NCBI GenBank assembly: GCA_963731795.1
Contig: CAVSWU010000003.1
Coordinates: 1,030,216 to 1,094,215 of the forward strand
Direction: 5' to 3'
Length of the DNA: 64,000 bases
From: an uncultured delta proteobacterium
Lineage (GTDB): Bacteria; Myxococcota; Myxococcia; Myxococcales; Myxococcaceae
The notes beneath the pieces were generated by a model. That model did no database searches and had not been told where the DNA came from. It saw nothing but the letters and a program-made list of their open reading frames with translations. Position 1 is the stretch's first letter. Each line of letters begins with the position of its first letter. The position numbers and the translations under genes were made by a program. Positions 10,260 to 19,405 of this stretch are shown piece after piece.

Positions 10260-11270
10260 CTACCCCGCCTTGCGCGCCAGCAGGAGGTGGAGGCAGCCGG
10301 TGTCCTCGGTGAGCACCTGCGCTTCCGCCACACCGGGCAGCCCGGCCAGCAGCCGCAGCAGATCCTCTGGCTCCCGGTAGATGAGGTACCAGTCCAGCGC
10401 GCTCTCGGTGAAGTGGTGCATGGGGTTGCGCGCGTTGAAGTTGCCCAGCGCCAGCAGCCCGCCCGGGGCCAGCCCCTCCCAGAGCTTCGCGGTGAGAGTG
10501 CGGGCGAAGCGCTCCGTGAGGTAGTCGTAGAGCCCGATGGAGTAGATGAAGTCCTGCGAGGCGGCAGTGAGCTCGCTGCGGTTGCGCAGCAGCCCCAGCA
10601 CCGAGCCGCACCACAGCCGCAGCGCATCGTGCCGGGTGGCGGGCAGCGCGCCCACCCGGGTGAAGTGACCGAGCGCCGCGTCCAGCGCGCCCTTGTCCTG
10701 GTCCATCAGCGTCACGCCCTCGAAGGAGAGCTCGCGCGCCACCGCCACGAGCTCGGGCGCCGAGCCGGAGGCCACATTCATTACCCGGCGGGCCCCTCGG
10801 GCCTGCTCCCTGCGCAGCAGCTCCGCCAGGAGATCCCGGCGATTGCGCACCGCCTGGAAGCCCGGCAGCCCCAGCGCCCACGTGTCCATCCAGCGCTCGG
10901 GGGAGGTGTCGCCGGTGGGGGTGTTCCGGTAGAGCGACTCCATCATCAGGAAGTCCCCCGCGTAGCCGCGGGGCTTCTCCCAGCACCGCCGCAGCACCGC
11001 GCTCTTCCAGAAGCGCGGCCCGGCCTCGGCCCGGAAGCGGACCTGCTCCGGGGAGGCGCGCGCCAACCCCGGTGCTCCGGGCTTGCCTCCTGCCGTCCAT
11101 ACCTCGAACAGCAGCGCGCCGAGCCGCGCCGAATCCGCCTGGGTGGGCGAATCTTTGATCCGATCGGAATTTTCCAGCTCGTCCAGCCAGGCCAGCAGGC
11201 TGGAGAGCGCGGTCCCGAACGCGGAGGGATGATCTTGGGAGGAGGAAGGGAGGCTCGTGGGCGGACTCAA
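10260..11270 (-). CDS. class I SAM-dependent methyltransferase (336 aa)
   Basis: The motifs RVMNVASGSAPE and LALGNF have a Rossmann-type MTase look. The gene appears intact. Confidence 0.5.
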   Translation of the reverse strand: MSPPTSLPSSSQDHPSAFGTALSSLLAWLDELENSDRIKDSPTQADSARLGALLFEVWTAGGKPGAPGLARASPEQVRFRAEAGPRFWKSAVLRRCWEKPRGYAGDFLMMESLYRNTPTGDTSPERWMDTWALGLPGFQAVRNRRDLLAELLRREQARGARRVMNVASGSAPELVAVARELSFEGVTLMDQDKGALDAALGHFTRVGALPATRHDALRLWCGSVLGLLRNRSELTAASQDFIYSIGLYDYLTERFARTLTAKLWEGLAPGGLLALGNFNARNPMHHFTESALDWYLIYREPEDLLRLLAGLPGVAEAQVLTEDTGCLHLLLARKAG

Positions 11271-11352
11271 GGCGACACTACCCTAGCGTGACATGGGAGC
11301 GCGCCCAAAGAGGCGCCAAGTGCATGCCTCGTTGTGACAGAATCCGTGAACC

Positions 11353-11937
11353 ATGCTCTCCCCTGCTCTCCAGGAGCGTGACAGCCGGATACGCGTCACC
11401 CCCGAGACGGCCACCGTCCGCGGGCTCATCTTCAATTCGGTGTTCAAACTGCTCACCCAGCACCTGGGCGAAAACGTGGCGCTGGAGGTGCGATCCACCA
11501 TCTCGAAGAAACCGCTGGTGGACTTCTTCCCCTACCCAGCCCGCGACTTCCTCGTGGTGCTCTACGACGCGGCCGAGCGCCTCACCCCCAAATACGGCTC
11601 CCTGGAGGCGGCCATCCACGCCTGTGGGGCGGCGGCGGTCGGCGGGTTCTTCCAGTCCGCGGTGGGCAAGACACTCACCCACATCATCGGGCGGGGAGAT
11701 CCCAAGAGGCTCTTCTCGAGCGCGCCCACCGCCTACGGCACCACGGTGAGCTATGGCCAGCGGGAGTACACGGCGCTGAGCGAACGCCGCGTGCGCCTGC
11801 ACTTCCGCGGCGACATGCAGCCGGTGGAGTTCCACCAGGGGCTGCTGGCGGAGGCGCTCCGGGCCGTCGGCTGCCAGGGGCAGGTCAAGGCCACGCGGCT
11901 GGGCCTCGACGAAGCCGAGTACCTCATCGAGTGGTGA
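11353..11937 (+). CDS. conserved hypothetical protein (194 aa), possibly the myxobacterial paralogous DUF2378/TIGR02265 family
   Basis: This is a clean ORF with typical codon usage. The family assignment rests on memory of its size and composition only. Confidence 0.3.
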   Translation: MLSPALQERDSRIRVTPETATVRGLIFNSVFKLLTQHLGENVALEVRSTISKKPLVDFFPYPARDFLVVLYDAAERLTPKYGSLEAAIHACGAAAVGGFFQSAVGKTLTHIIGRGDPKRLFSSAPTAYGTTVSYGQREYTALSERRVRLHFRGDMQPVEFHQGLLAEALRAVGCQGQVKATRLGLDEAEYLIEW

Positions 11938-12059
11938 GCGCGAGCCGGGAGGCGCTCCTCACGTTCAGGGCGAGTTACTCCACCCTTCCCGCCCGGGCCG
12001 GCTCGCAGAGGTGGCAGAGCCTGAGCGGGAGCTGGGCATCCCATGGGGCCCGGTAGTCC

Positions 12060-13859
12060 TCACACTGTCGCTCGGGTCGGGAGTTCAGGGCGCGGGCGAC
12101 GTCTGGCAGTCTCCCCGCCGTTGTCCTGCTGGGCAGCGGCGTACCCCTTGAAGTCTTCCTCCCCGGCGTACCAGAACACGCAGAAGCCGGGCTCTTGCCT
12201 CACCTGGCCGTGGAGGAACTGCTCCCACCCACAGTCGAGCGGCGCTTCATCGTAGGTGTGGCTCAGGCTCGCATTCATGAAGTTCATCATCGGCCACGTG
12301 GGGGCAAGCAGCCCTCCGAACGCGGCGCCCTGCTGCGCCAGCGTGGCCTCGATTCGCCGCCACCCTTCCCGATCCGCGAGCGGGATGAGCGAGCGCCAGG
12401 GAGGAGCGCCGGACATCCGCTCGAGGAAGCTGCTCCGGTAGGGCCTGCACGCGGCCTGGAGGTTGAACAGCGAGATGCCCACGACGACGCCCAGAGGCAC
12501 CAGGCCCACATGGGAGAGCCGTTGCTGTCGCCGGGCCCAGCGGACGAGCACCTGCGCCACCAACGCGGAGAGCAGGACCAGCATCGCGCCTAGCACCAGC
12601 ACCACGCCATGCAGGTGGTACTTGAAGAAGTAGTACTCCGGGGTGATCCCCAGCCACAGGTAGAGGATCTGGATGAAGGAGTTGATGGCGCCGAAGACGC
12701 CCGCATACCGGGCCAGGCGCGCCCCCGCCTCCCCCAGCGGCAGCCCCATCCGGCGCGTCGCGAGCGGCAGGACCAGCAGCAGCAACGAGAGCCACGCCTC
12801 TCCCCGGAGCATCGCATAGCCCTTGGGCGCGATGATGGCGCCCGTCACCGGGATGAGCGGCAGCAGCTTCGAGTACGCGAAGAGAGCGGCCCCGCCCAGC
12901 CCAGCGGCCAGCCCGAGAAGTCCCCATCGCAGGCGCCTGTCGTGTGACAGCCCGAACGCCTCGAAGGTCATCAACACGGCGCTGGCGGCGGCGACATCGC
13001 CCAGGTTGAGCCCGTAGGTGAACCGGTGGAGAAGCACGGCGAACAGGAGCGCACCTACCCGCAGGGTACGCGCTCGGAGGATCCCGAAGAGCACCCAGCA
13101 CAGGACGGTGGGGACCAGCCCGAACAGGTGTCCATAGAACCCGTCGGACTGATGGTAGTGCAGGATCCGGAACAGGATGGTGAACCCCAACGCCGCAAAC
13201 CCTCCCAGAAAGAGCCACAGGGAGAGCCGCGCGGGGGCCTGACCGCCCTCCTCCCACGCCCGCGACACGACGAGGAGCGCCGCGAGCATGCAGAGCGTCA
13301 TCAGCAGGGGGATTGAGTAGAAGCCGGCCCGGAATGACTCGAACGCGTCCTGGCGGAAGAGCACCTCCAGCCAGTACGTGAACGAGTAGAAGGTCACGAA
13401 CTTCTGGTAGGTGTCCGGATCACTCTCGAGGAAGTGGCGCCGCAGGGCGACATGGTTGCCCGCATCGCCGCCGCCCACCGACACCATGCCATCGAACGCA
13501 GGAGCATGGAGCGCCCAGAAGACAGCCCCCATCGCCAGCCCCAGCACCAGCACCGCTTGAATGGCCAGGCCCCGGTCCTCCCCCCACGGCCCGCCGCGCA
13601 GGATGACCAGGGCCAACACGCTCAGCGTCAGCACCATCCCGAGGCCCAGGCCCGTGGAGATCCCCACCCCCAGCGTGGCCCGGAGGATCCCGGACAAGAA
13701 CAGCGCGAGCACTGGCAACAGCGGCAGCAGGAGCAGCGTGCCCGGCGCCACCCCACCCTTGCCCTCCTGAAGCGCGCCCGGTGCATCCAGCAAGCCCAGG
13801 ACCCGGCTCAGCCGCTCGCGCAGCGCTTGCGCGGTGTTCGCCATCTGCTCAGCCCCCAA
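12060..13859 (-). CDS. polytopic membrane protein (599 aa), a probable PMT/ArnT-like (GT39/GT83-type) glycosyltransferase that uses a polyprenol-P-sugar
   Basis: It has at least 10 predicted TM helices. It overlaps the stop of the upstream GT2 gene by 11 nt, suggesting an operon. The function is inferred from that pairing. Confidence 0.4.
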   Translation of the reverse strand: MGAEQMANTAQALRERLSRVLGLLDAPGALQEGKGGVAPGTLLLLPLLPVLALFLSGILRATLGVGISTGLGLGMVLTLSVLALVILRGGPWGEDRGLAIQAVLVLGLAMGAVFWALHAPAFDGMVSVGGGDAGNHVALRRHFLESDPDTYQKFVTFYSFTYWLEVLFRQDAFESFRAGFYSIPLLMTLCMLAALLVVSRAWEEGGQAPARLSLWLFLGGFAALGFTILFRILHYHQSDGFYGHLFGLVPTVLCWVLFGILRARTLRVGALLFAVLLHRFTYGLNLGDVAAASAVLMTFEAFGLSHDRRLRWGLLGLAAGLGGAALFAYSKLLPLIPVTGAIIAPKGYAMLRGEAWLSLLLLVLPLATRRMGLPLGEAGARLARYAGVFGAINSFIQILYLWLGITPEYYFFKYHLHGVVLVLGAMLVLLSALVAQVLVRWARRQQRLSHVGLVPLGVVVGISLFNLQAACRPYRSSFLERMSGAPPWRSLIPLADREGWRRIEATLAQQGAAFGGLLAPTWPMMNFMNASLSHTYDEAPLDCGWEQFLHGQVRQEPGFCVFWYAGEEDFKGYAAAQQDNGGETARRRPRPELPTRATV

Positions 13860-14946
13860 TCAGCGATCTGACCCGAAGCCCCAGCAACGCGGTGGTCACC
13901 TTGACCATGAACCGGATGCTCTTGAGCCCGCTCAGGCTCGAGACGCCCTGCGTGCGCGGGTTCATCTCCACCAGGAGCTCGTCGATCCGCAGCCCCCGGA
14001 GCGCGAGGAGCGCGATGGACTCGGGCTCGGGGTACTCATCCGGCATGGAGTGCAGGAGCGCCTGCACGGCCCGCCCCGAGTACACCCGGAACCCCGAGGT
14101 CGGATCGCTCACGCTCGCGGCTCTGCCGAACAGCCCCAGGACGAACGTGACCAGCACCCCGCCCGCGCGCCGCAGCCGGGTGGTGCTCCGGAGCCGATCC
14201 GCAGCCGCCCCCGCGGCGGGCTCGGGCGCCGCGAAGCGCGAGCCGATCAGCAGATCCGATCCCTTCTCCGCCGCGATGGCCGCCAGGCGCGGGATCTCCT
14301 CGATCGGGTGCTGGCCATCCGAGTCACACTGGATGACGTAGTCCGCGCCGACGCTGCGGGCGATCTTGAAGCCCGTCAGCAGCGCCCCGGCGACCCCGAC
14401 GTTCGCGCTGTGCGTGACATGGCCCGACGGGGCCAGCGTGCTCAGCAGGCGGAGCGTCTCATCCGTCGAGCCGTCGTTGATCACGCAGAAGGCAAAGCGC
14501 TCCGGCCCGGTGAGCCGCGCCTGGAGCGCCGTGAGCCGGGGGAGCACCTCCGGGAGCGAGCCGGCCTCGTTGTAGCAAGGCAGGATGATCAGCACCTTGC
14601 GGCTGCCCCCCGCGAGGTGCCGCGCCCCCTCCTCCGGGAACAGCCGGGCCGCGAAGCTGGTGGTGAGCTCGACGATCTGCCGCGAGAAGCGCCTGTTCTC
14701 CGCCTGCTGCTCCACCATCTGGAAGAACAGGAACATCATCATCCCGCCGAGCACGAAGTTACTGACGAGCTCGATCCCCAGCACGCGGATCACCGGGCGG
14801 TACAGACCGGGGTTGATCGCCGCGACGAGCAGGAACAGCGCCACCAACCACCAGATCAGCGAGTTGCGCGCCGGCAGGCGGTGGCCGAACTGCGAGAAGA
14901 GGAGGGCAAAGAATCCCGCGGCGAGCAGGACGACGATCAGGGACAT
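13849..14946 (-). CDS. DUF2304-like membrane domain fused to a GT2 polyprenol-phosphate glycosyltransferase (DPM1/ArnC/GtrB-like), 365 aa
   Basis: The N-terminus has 2-3 TM helices. The GT2 part has LIILPCYNEAG, VINDGSTDET and a CDSDGQH-type DXD motif. Confidence 0.65.
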   Translation of the reverse strand: MSLIVVLLAAGFFALLFSQFGHRLPARNSLIWWLVALFLLVAAINPGLYRPVIRVLGIELVSNFVLGGMMMFLFFQMVEQQAENRRFSRQIVELTTSFAARLFPEEGARHLAGGSRKVLIILPCYNEAGSLPEVLPRLTALQARLTGPERFAFCVINDGSTDETLRLLSTLAPSGHVTHSANVGVAGALLTGFKIARSVGADYVIQCDSDGQHPIEEIPRLAAIAAEKGSDLLIGSRFAAPEPAAGAAADRLRSTTRLRRAGGVLVTFVLGLFGRAASVSDPTSGFRVYSGRAVQALLHSMPDEYPEPESIALLALRGLRIDELLVEMNPRTQGVSSLSGLKSIRFMVKVTTALLGLRVRSLIGG

Positions 14947-14999
14947 GCGTTAGCGGGCTCTAAGGCTACCCCGCTAGCACAACAAGCATTTTCTGCCCT

Positions 15000-15048
15000 G
15001 AAAAACGAACGCCCCGCCAGGAACCCTCGAGGGCTCCAGGACGGGGCG
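15000..15048 (-). terminator. rho-independent terminator downstream of rplC
   Basis: On the minus strand it reads CGCCCCG-N25(containing CCCTCGAGGG)-CGGGGCG followed by TTCGTTTTTC. Confidence 0.45.
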
Positions 15049-15073
15049 TCGGTGCGGCGGCGAAACCCGAAGA

Positions 15074-15751
15074 CTAGCGGGCGGCGCGGCCGGCCTTGTG
15101 CTGCTCGCGCAGCGCCAGCTTCACGCTGGGCTTCACGTAGACGATGGCCTCGTTGTGGCCCGGGACGGCGCCCTTCACCAGCAGCAGGCCCTTCTCCACG
15201 TCCACGTCGACGATGGTCAGGTTCTGCGTGGTCACCTGCTCCACGCCGTAGTGGCCCGGCATCTTCTTGTTCGGGTAGGTACGGCCAGGCGTCTTACGCT
15301 GACCGATGGCGCCCGGGTGACGCTGATACTCGTGCGTACCGTGCGTCTTCGTCTGCGAGCCCTTGAAGCTCCACCGGCGCATGACGCCCTGGAAGCCGCG
15401 GCCCTTGGTCACGCCCGTGACGTCCACGAGCTGGCCCTTGGTGAACAGGTCCGCCTTCACGGCGTCGCCCACGTTGAACTTCGCGGCGTCGTCCGTCGAA
15501 ACGCGGAACTCCTTCAGGTGCCGACGCGCCGGGGCGTTGTTCTTCTTGAAGAACCCCTTCTGCGCGTTGGTCAGCACCTTCTCGCGGATCTCCCCGAAGC
15601 CCAGCGTCACCGCCGAGTACTGATCCTTCTCGGGCGTCCGCTTGCCCACGACCTGGCAGGTGTTCACGTCGATCACGGTGACCGGAACGAGGTTGCCCTC
15701 GTCGTTGAACACCTGGGTCATGCCAATCTTCTTGCCAATCAGACCCTTCAC
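15074..15751 (-). CDS. rplC: 50S ribosomal protein L3 (225 aa), a stand-alone copy outside any ribosomal-protein operon
   Basis: The N-terminus MKGLIGKKIGMTQVF and the motifs VTGVTKGRGFQG and LLLVKGAVPG show clear L3 similarity over the full length. The flanking genes are a GT2 and a coiled-coil gene, not rpsJ/rplD. Confidence 0.85.
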   Translation of the reverse strand: MKGLIGKKIGMTQVFNDEGNLVPVTVIDVNTCQVVGKRTPEKDQYSAVTLGFGEIREKVLTNAQKGFFKKNNAPARRHLKEFRVSTDDAAKFNVGDAVKADLFTKGQLVDVTGVTKGRGFQGVMRRWSFKGSQTKTHGTHEYQRHPGAIGQRKTPGRTYPNKKMPGHYGVEQVTTQNLTIVDVDVEKGLLLVKGAVPGHNEAIVYVKPSVKLALREQHKAGRAAR

Positions 15752-15894
15752 GTCATCCTCACTGCGAGCGCCCGTGGCGCAGAAAACTCAATGAATTCCA
15801 CTGCTTGGCCCGTTTTACGGCCTCCGGGCGGCAGGAAGCGGCGCAATCTAGCAGACACGCCCCTCGCGTCAAGCACCGATAGCAACTCCCACCC

Positions 15895-16677
15895 TCACTG
15901 GGCGCGATCAAGTCTCGGGTAGAACGGCGCGAGCTGGGCATCCGAGATGCGCTGCTTGTAGACGTCCTCGCCGAGCAGGAACAACGCCTGATCCAGGTAG
16001 TCTTCCGCCGCCTGGATCTCGCCCTCCTTCTGGGCGATCGACTGGTCGATCTCGGCCATGCGCTGCTTGAAGGAGTCCTCGTGCTCCTCGGCCTCGTCCT
16101 GGATCTCCAGCAGGCGCTTGTGCGCCAGGATGCCGGGCGCGCCGGGCTGGCCGGGCAGCGGGGTCAGCGCGTTGTTCAGATCGTCCTGGAGGGCCTCGAT
16201 GTCGCGGGAGAGCCGCATCAGCTTGAGGCGGTTCTTCTTCAGGTTCTCGCGCGCGGTGGAGATCTCCAATGGATCCCGGCGAGTCATCTCCATGTCGTGG
16301 ATCTTGCCCTCGAGCTTCTTCAGGCCGTCGTTGCCGTAGCGCAGCTCGGCCTTCTTGGAGGACAGCGACTTGCGCATGTCCTTCACCTTGCCCTCGATGG
16401 CGTCCACGGCCTTCTTGTACTTCTTCACCGTGGCGTTGAGCTCGACCTTCTCCTCCTCCTGCTGGGCCTGGAACTCCTGGTAGCCCGCGTCCTCCTCGTT
16501 CATCTCCTGCTCGAGCGCCGCCAGCTCATCACGACGCGCCACCAGCGCCTCCTCGGCGCGGTAGACGCGCTCCATGGTGCGCGGGCAGTTGGGCTTGCCC
16601 GGCAGCCGGTCCCGCGCCAGGTCCCCCAACTGGAAGATGAGTTCGTCGTAGCTCTCTGCCTTCGCCATGGGGCGCAT
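15895..16677 (-). CDS. coiled-coil protein (about 260 aa)
   Basis: It has heptad-rich Glu/Lys sequence (ELAALEQEMNEED...KKLEGKIHDMEM). Confidence 0.45.
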   Translation of the reverse strand: MRPMAKAESYDELIFQLGDLARDRLPGKPNCPRTMERVYRAEEALVARRDELAALEQEMNEEDAGYQEFQAQQEEEKVELNATVKKYKKAVDAIEGKVKDMRKSLSSKKAELRYGNDGLKKLEGKIHDMEMTRRDPLEISTARENLKKNRLKLMRLSRDIEALQDDLNNALTPLPGQPGAPGILAHKRLLEIQDEAEEHEDSFKQRMAEIDQSIAQKEGEIQAAEDYLDQALFLLGEDVYKQRISDAQLAPFYPRLDRAQ

Positions 16678-16725
16678 TTTTACGCCCAAGGCGCGTGGCC
16701 TGTCAGCAGGAGTGCGCCCGTCAGC

Positions 16726-17196
16726 CTAGGAATCCGCGGGTGCCGCCGCCGCCGAGTCCCCGAGCCCCACCGCCGGGAGCGCCCCTTCGGCCAGGGAGAG
16801 CAGCTCCCGGGACCGGTCCTGCTCCTCGGTGCGGTTGAGCTCGCAGACCCAGGCCGAGGAGAGATCCGCGTGCTGGCGAGCCATCTCCGCGGTGGACTCG
16901 TAGCGAGCCGCGGAGGTGCGAGCGAAGGCTCCCTCCCTGCGCAGCTCCAAGGCCAGATCCGGACCGACCTCCACATCCTCGGAGGGTACGGGCAGCGGGC
17001 CCCGCCCCAGCGCCGCCAGGCGGGCCAGCAATCGAGAAGCATGGGCTCGGCAGAACGCCGCCAGCACCATCAGGCGCGCGCGGGCACGCGGATCCGCGAT
17101 GCGCTCAGCCAGCGCCGTCATGCGCCGAGCCGACACCACCTCGGCTTCCCAGGCAGCAGCCAGCGCGGCCGCCAAGCGAGTATGCCTCGCTCCCAT
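16726..17196 (-). CDS. hypothetical protein, possibly ferritin-like/DUF2383-like (156 aa)
   Basis: It is an Ala/Arg-rich ORF in the operon orientation. The assignment is weak. Confidence 0.3.
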   Translation of the reverse strand: MGARHTRLAAALAAAWEAEVVSARRMTALAERIADPRARARLMVLAAFCRAHASRLLARLAALGRGPLPVPSEDVEVGPDLALELRREGAFARTSAARYESTAEMARQHADLSSAWVCELNRTEEQDRSRELLSLAEGALPAVGLGDSAAAAPADS

Positions 17197-17260
17197 CTGC
17201 TGTCCCCCTTCTCCCTACCTACTACCTTCCGCCGCAAGTTAGGGATGGGTGTCCGTAGAT

Positions 17261-18356
17261 TCAACCGAGGCGCTCCACCAACCACCCTGCGCCAGCGCAG
17301 AGAATGACGAAGGAGAGCACTCGGACCGTCCACACGTTGACCGTGGGTCGGCGCTGGATCAGCCGCACGAGAGGAAGCAGGGCCAGGACGAGGGTGGCCT
17401 GCCCCAGCTCCACTCCGAGGTTGAAGCCGAGCAGGCCGGAAGCCACCTGCTCTCCCAGGCCGTAGGCGCTCAGCGCGCTGGCGAAGCCGAAGCCGTGCAC
17501 CAGCCCGAAGAGGAAGGTGATGACCGCGCGGTGGCGGTGCTCGCGCCGCACCAGGTTCTCGGCCGCCACATAGATGATGGAGACGGCGATGGCGGCCTCG
17601 ACCCAGCGCGCGCGCTCCGCGTCCAGCAGGATGAAGCCCAGCGCGGTGGCTCCCAGCGTGAGCGAGTGCGCGAGCGTGAACGAGGTCACCATCCACAGCA
17701 CCTGCCGGAGCCTGCCTCCCACCAGCAGCAGCGCGATCAGGAAGGCCAGGTGATCGATCCCCTGGAAGATGTGCTTCATCCCCAGCTGGATCCAGCCGCC
17801 GAGCCCCGGGGCGAAGGTCGCAGCCCTGGGTCTCGAGCCCGGGGTACTCGAGCCCGAGGTGCTCCGCTCGGGGATCTCCAGGCTCGGATGGAGCGCGTCC
17901 GCGAAGAGCTGGCCTCCCTCGCCACCGTAGGTGCCAAGCACCACCCGATAGTTGGCCGGCACGAGCGAGAGCACCGTGTACGTCTGCCGCAGCGGCCCCT
18001 GCGGACATATGAAGGTGGCGGTCAGCTCCACGTACGACTCGCGCAGCCGGGCCGCATGCTCCTTGCGCGTGCAGGGCGGCCCCACCGGCGGTGAGCGGCA
18101 GCGCGTCCCACAGCCCTACCTCCAGTGCGGCGCGCCGGGCATCCAGATCCGCCTGCGAGACGGAGCCATCCCCGTCCGCATCCGCGGGCAGGATCAGGCT
18201 CAGCGTGCTCGCCGTCATCGTCAGCAGCACCCGCACCTCGGCGCTGCCCGGCTGGGCGCGTTGAACCTGCGCATAGAGGATGTCCGCGTCGTGCGCGCGG
18301 GCCATGCCCGCCGCCAGCAGCAGGGCGAGTGACGCCGCGAGTCGAGCCTTCCGCAT
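17261..18356 (-). CDS. HupE/UreJ-family (Ni/Co transporter-like) membrane protein; frameshift near 18075
   Basis: The signal peptide MRKARLAASLALLLAAGMARA and the N-terminal domain lie in ORF 17118..18356. The TM core HIFQGIDHLAFLIALLLVG...FGLVHGFGFASAL lies in ORF 17261..18085. Confidence 0.55.
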
Positions 18357-18392
18357 GCTCCGGCCAGCCTGCTCCGGGCGCCCGGGCCGCGT

Positions 18393-18950
18393 CTACTCCT
18401 GGATGAACTCCAGGTGGACCTGCTGCCGGCCGCTCAGCCCCCCGTGGTGTGCCCCGCAGCGTGGGCAGAAGAACGGGCCATCCCAGTCCCAGAGCGCCTT
18501 CACCTCATCGGAGCAGCACACCAGGTGGATGGGGCGCAGATCCTCGGGCTCGTCCGGCATGCACTCCGGCAGCGCGTCCGGCGCCACCACGACGAAGGTG
18601 GGCCGCGGGTTCTGCGACAGCGTGCGCGAGACGTGCGAGAGCTGCTCGTAGCGCACGTGGTTGGCCAGTCCCCTCGCGAGCGACTCCAGATAGGCCACGT
18701 GCTCGCGAACCAGCCACTCGTCCGCCTCGGCCTGGTGGCCGCAGTAGAAGCACGTCCAGCAGGGCACCGGCTCATAGCCCTCGTGCGGATTCTCGAAGGG
18801 GAACAGCGTCACCAGCCTGCGGTGCAGCACGCGCGCGTCGAAGCGGCTCGGCCGCGTCTTGAAGATGCGCAGACAGTTCGGGCACTGCCGGCGCACGAAG
18901 CCGGAGGCATCCCGAGGCAGCTCCACCTCCAGACATTGCGGCGCGCTCAT
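18393..18950 (-). CDS. Cys-rich zinc-ribbon protein (about 185 aa)
   Basis: It contains CPNC, CWTCFYC and CPRC. Its start ATG overlaps the stop of the upstream small gene (ATGA). Confidence 0.45.
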   Translation of the reverse strand: MSAPQCLEVELPRDASGFVRRQCPNCLRIFKTRPSRFDARVLHRRLVTLFPFENPHEGYEPVPCWTCFYCGHQAEADEWLVREHVAYLESLARGLANHVRYEQLSHVSRTLSQNPRPTFVVVAPDALPECMPDEPEDLRPIHLVCCSDEVKALWDWDGPFFCPRCGAHHGGLSGRQQVHLEFIQE

Positions 18951-19093
18951 GTCGACAACCGCCTCCGGCCGTGCTGCGCCAGCGCCACCGTCAGGGCCAC
19001 CATGGAGAAGATCAGCAGCAGGTGAACCCAGTGCCCTTCGGTGGAGCCGCTGATCATTCCCAGCGACCACAGCACGAAGAGGATGATGCTCAT
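18947..19093 (-). CDS. small membrane protein (about 48 aa), lmo0937/DUF5670-like
   Basis: MSIILFVLWSLGMISGSTEGHWVHLLLIFSMVALTVALAQHGRRR matches the pattern of that family (GHW...IH-LL, basic tail). Confidence 0.4.
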   Translation of the reverse strand: MSIILFVLWSLGMISGSTEGHWVHLLLIFSMVALTVALAQHGRRRLST

Positions 19094-19331
19094 CGTCCAG
19101 AACACGCCCGCCCGCCTCCTGGCCACGCACGCCCGTCGGATGTCGGCCAAGCTATGGAGCCCCTCCTGCCGCGGCAAGCCCTCGCGAGGGAAACACCGGT
19201 GCTTTAGACAGCCTCGCGGTGGGTAAACCCCTTCCACACCCGGGCATTTCTACTGCCCTTCCCTGCCCCGCCCCGGCTCACATCAAGGCCTCGCCTTCCC
19301 AGGATCTTAAGGATGCAGAGATAGCGCTCCC

Positions 19332-19352
19332 ATGCTGGCACGCCGGGTGCTT
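19332..19352 (+). promoter_or_regulatory. sigma-54 (-24/-12) promoter candidate
   Basis: cTGGCACGccggGTGCTtg matches TGGCACG-N4-TTGCW with one mismatch (GG to GC spacing of 12). It lies about 55 nt upstream of the transglycosylase ATG. Confidence 0.4.
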
Positions 19353-19405
19353 GAGCAGGCTGCGGGTGTCGAGGGCGCGAAGTCAGGGCGCAGGGGGAGC
19401 GGGCC

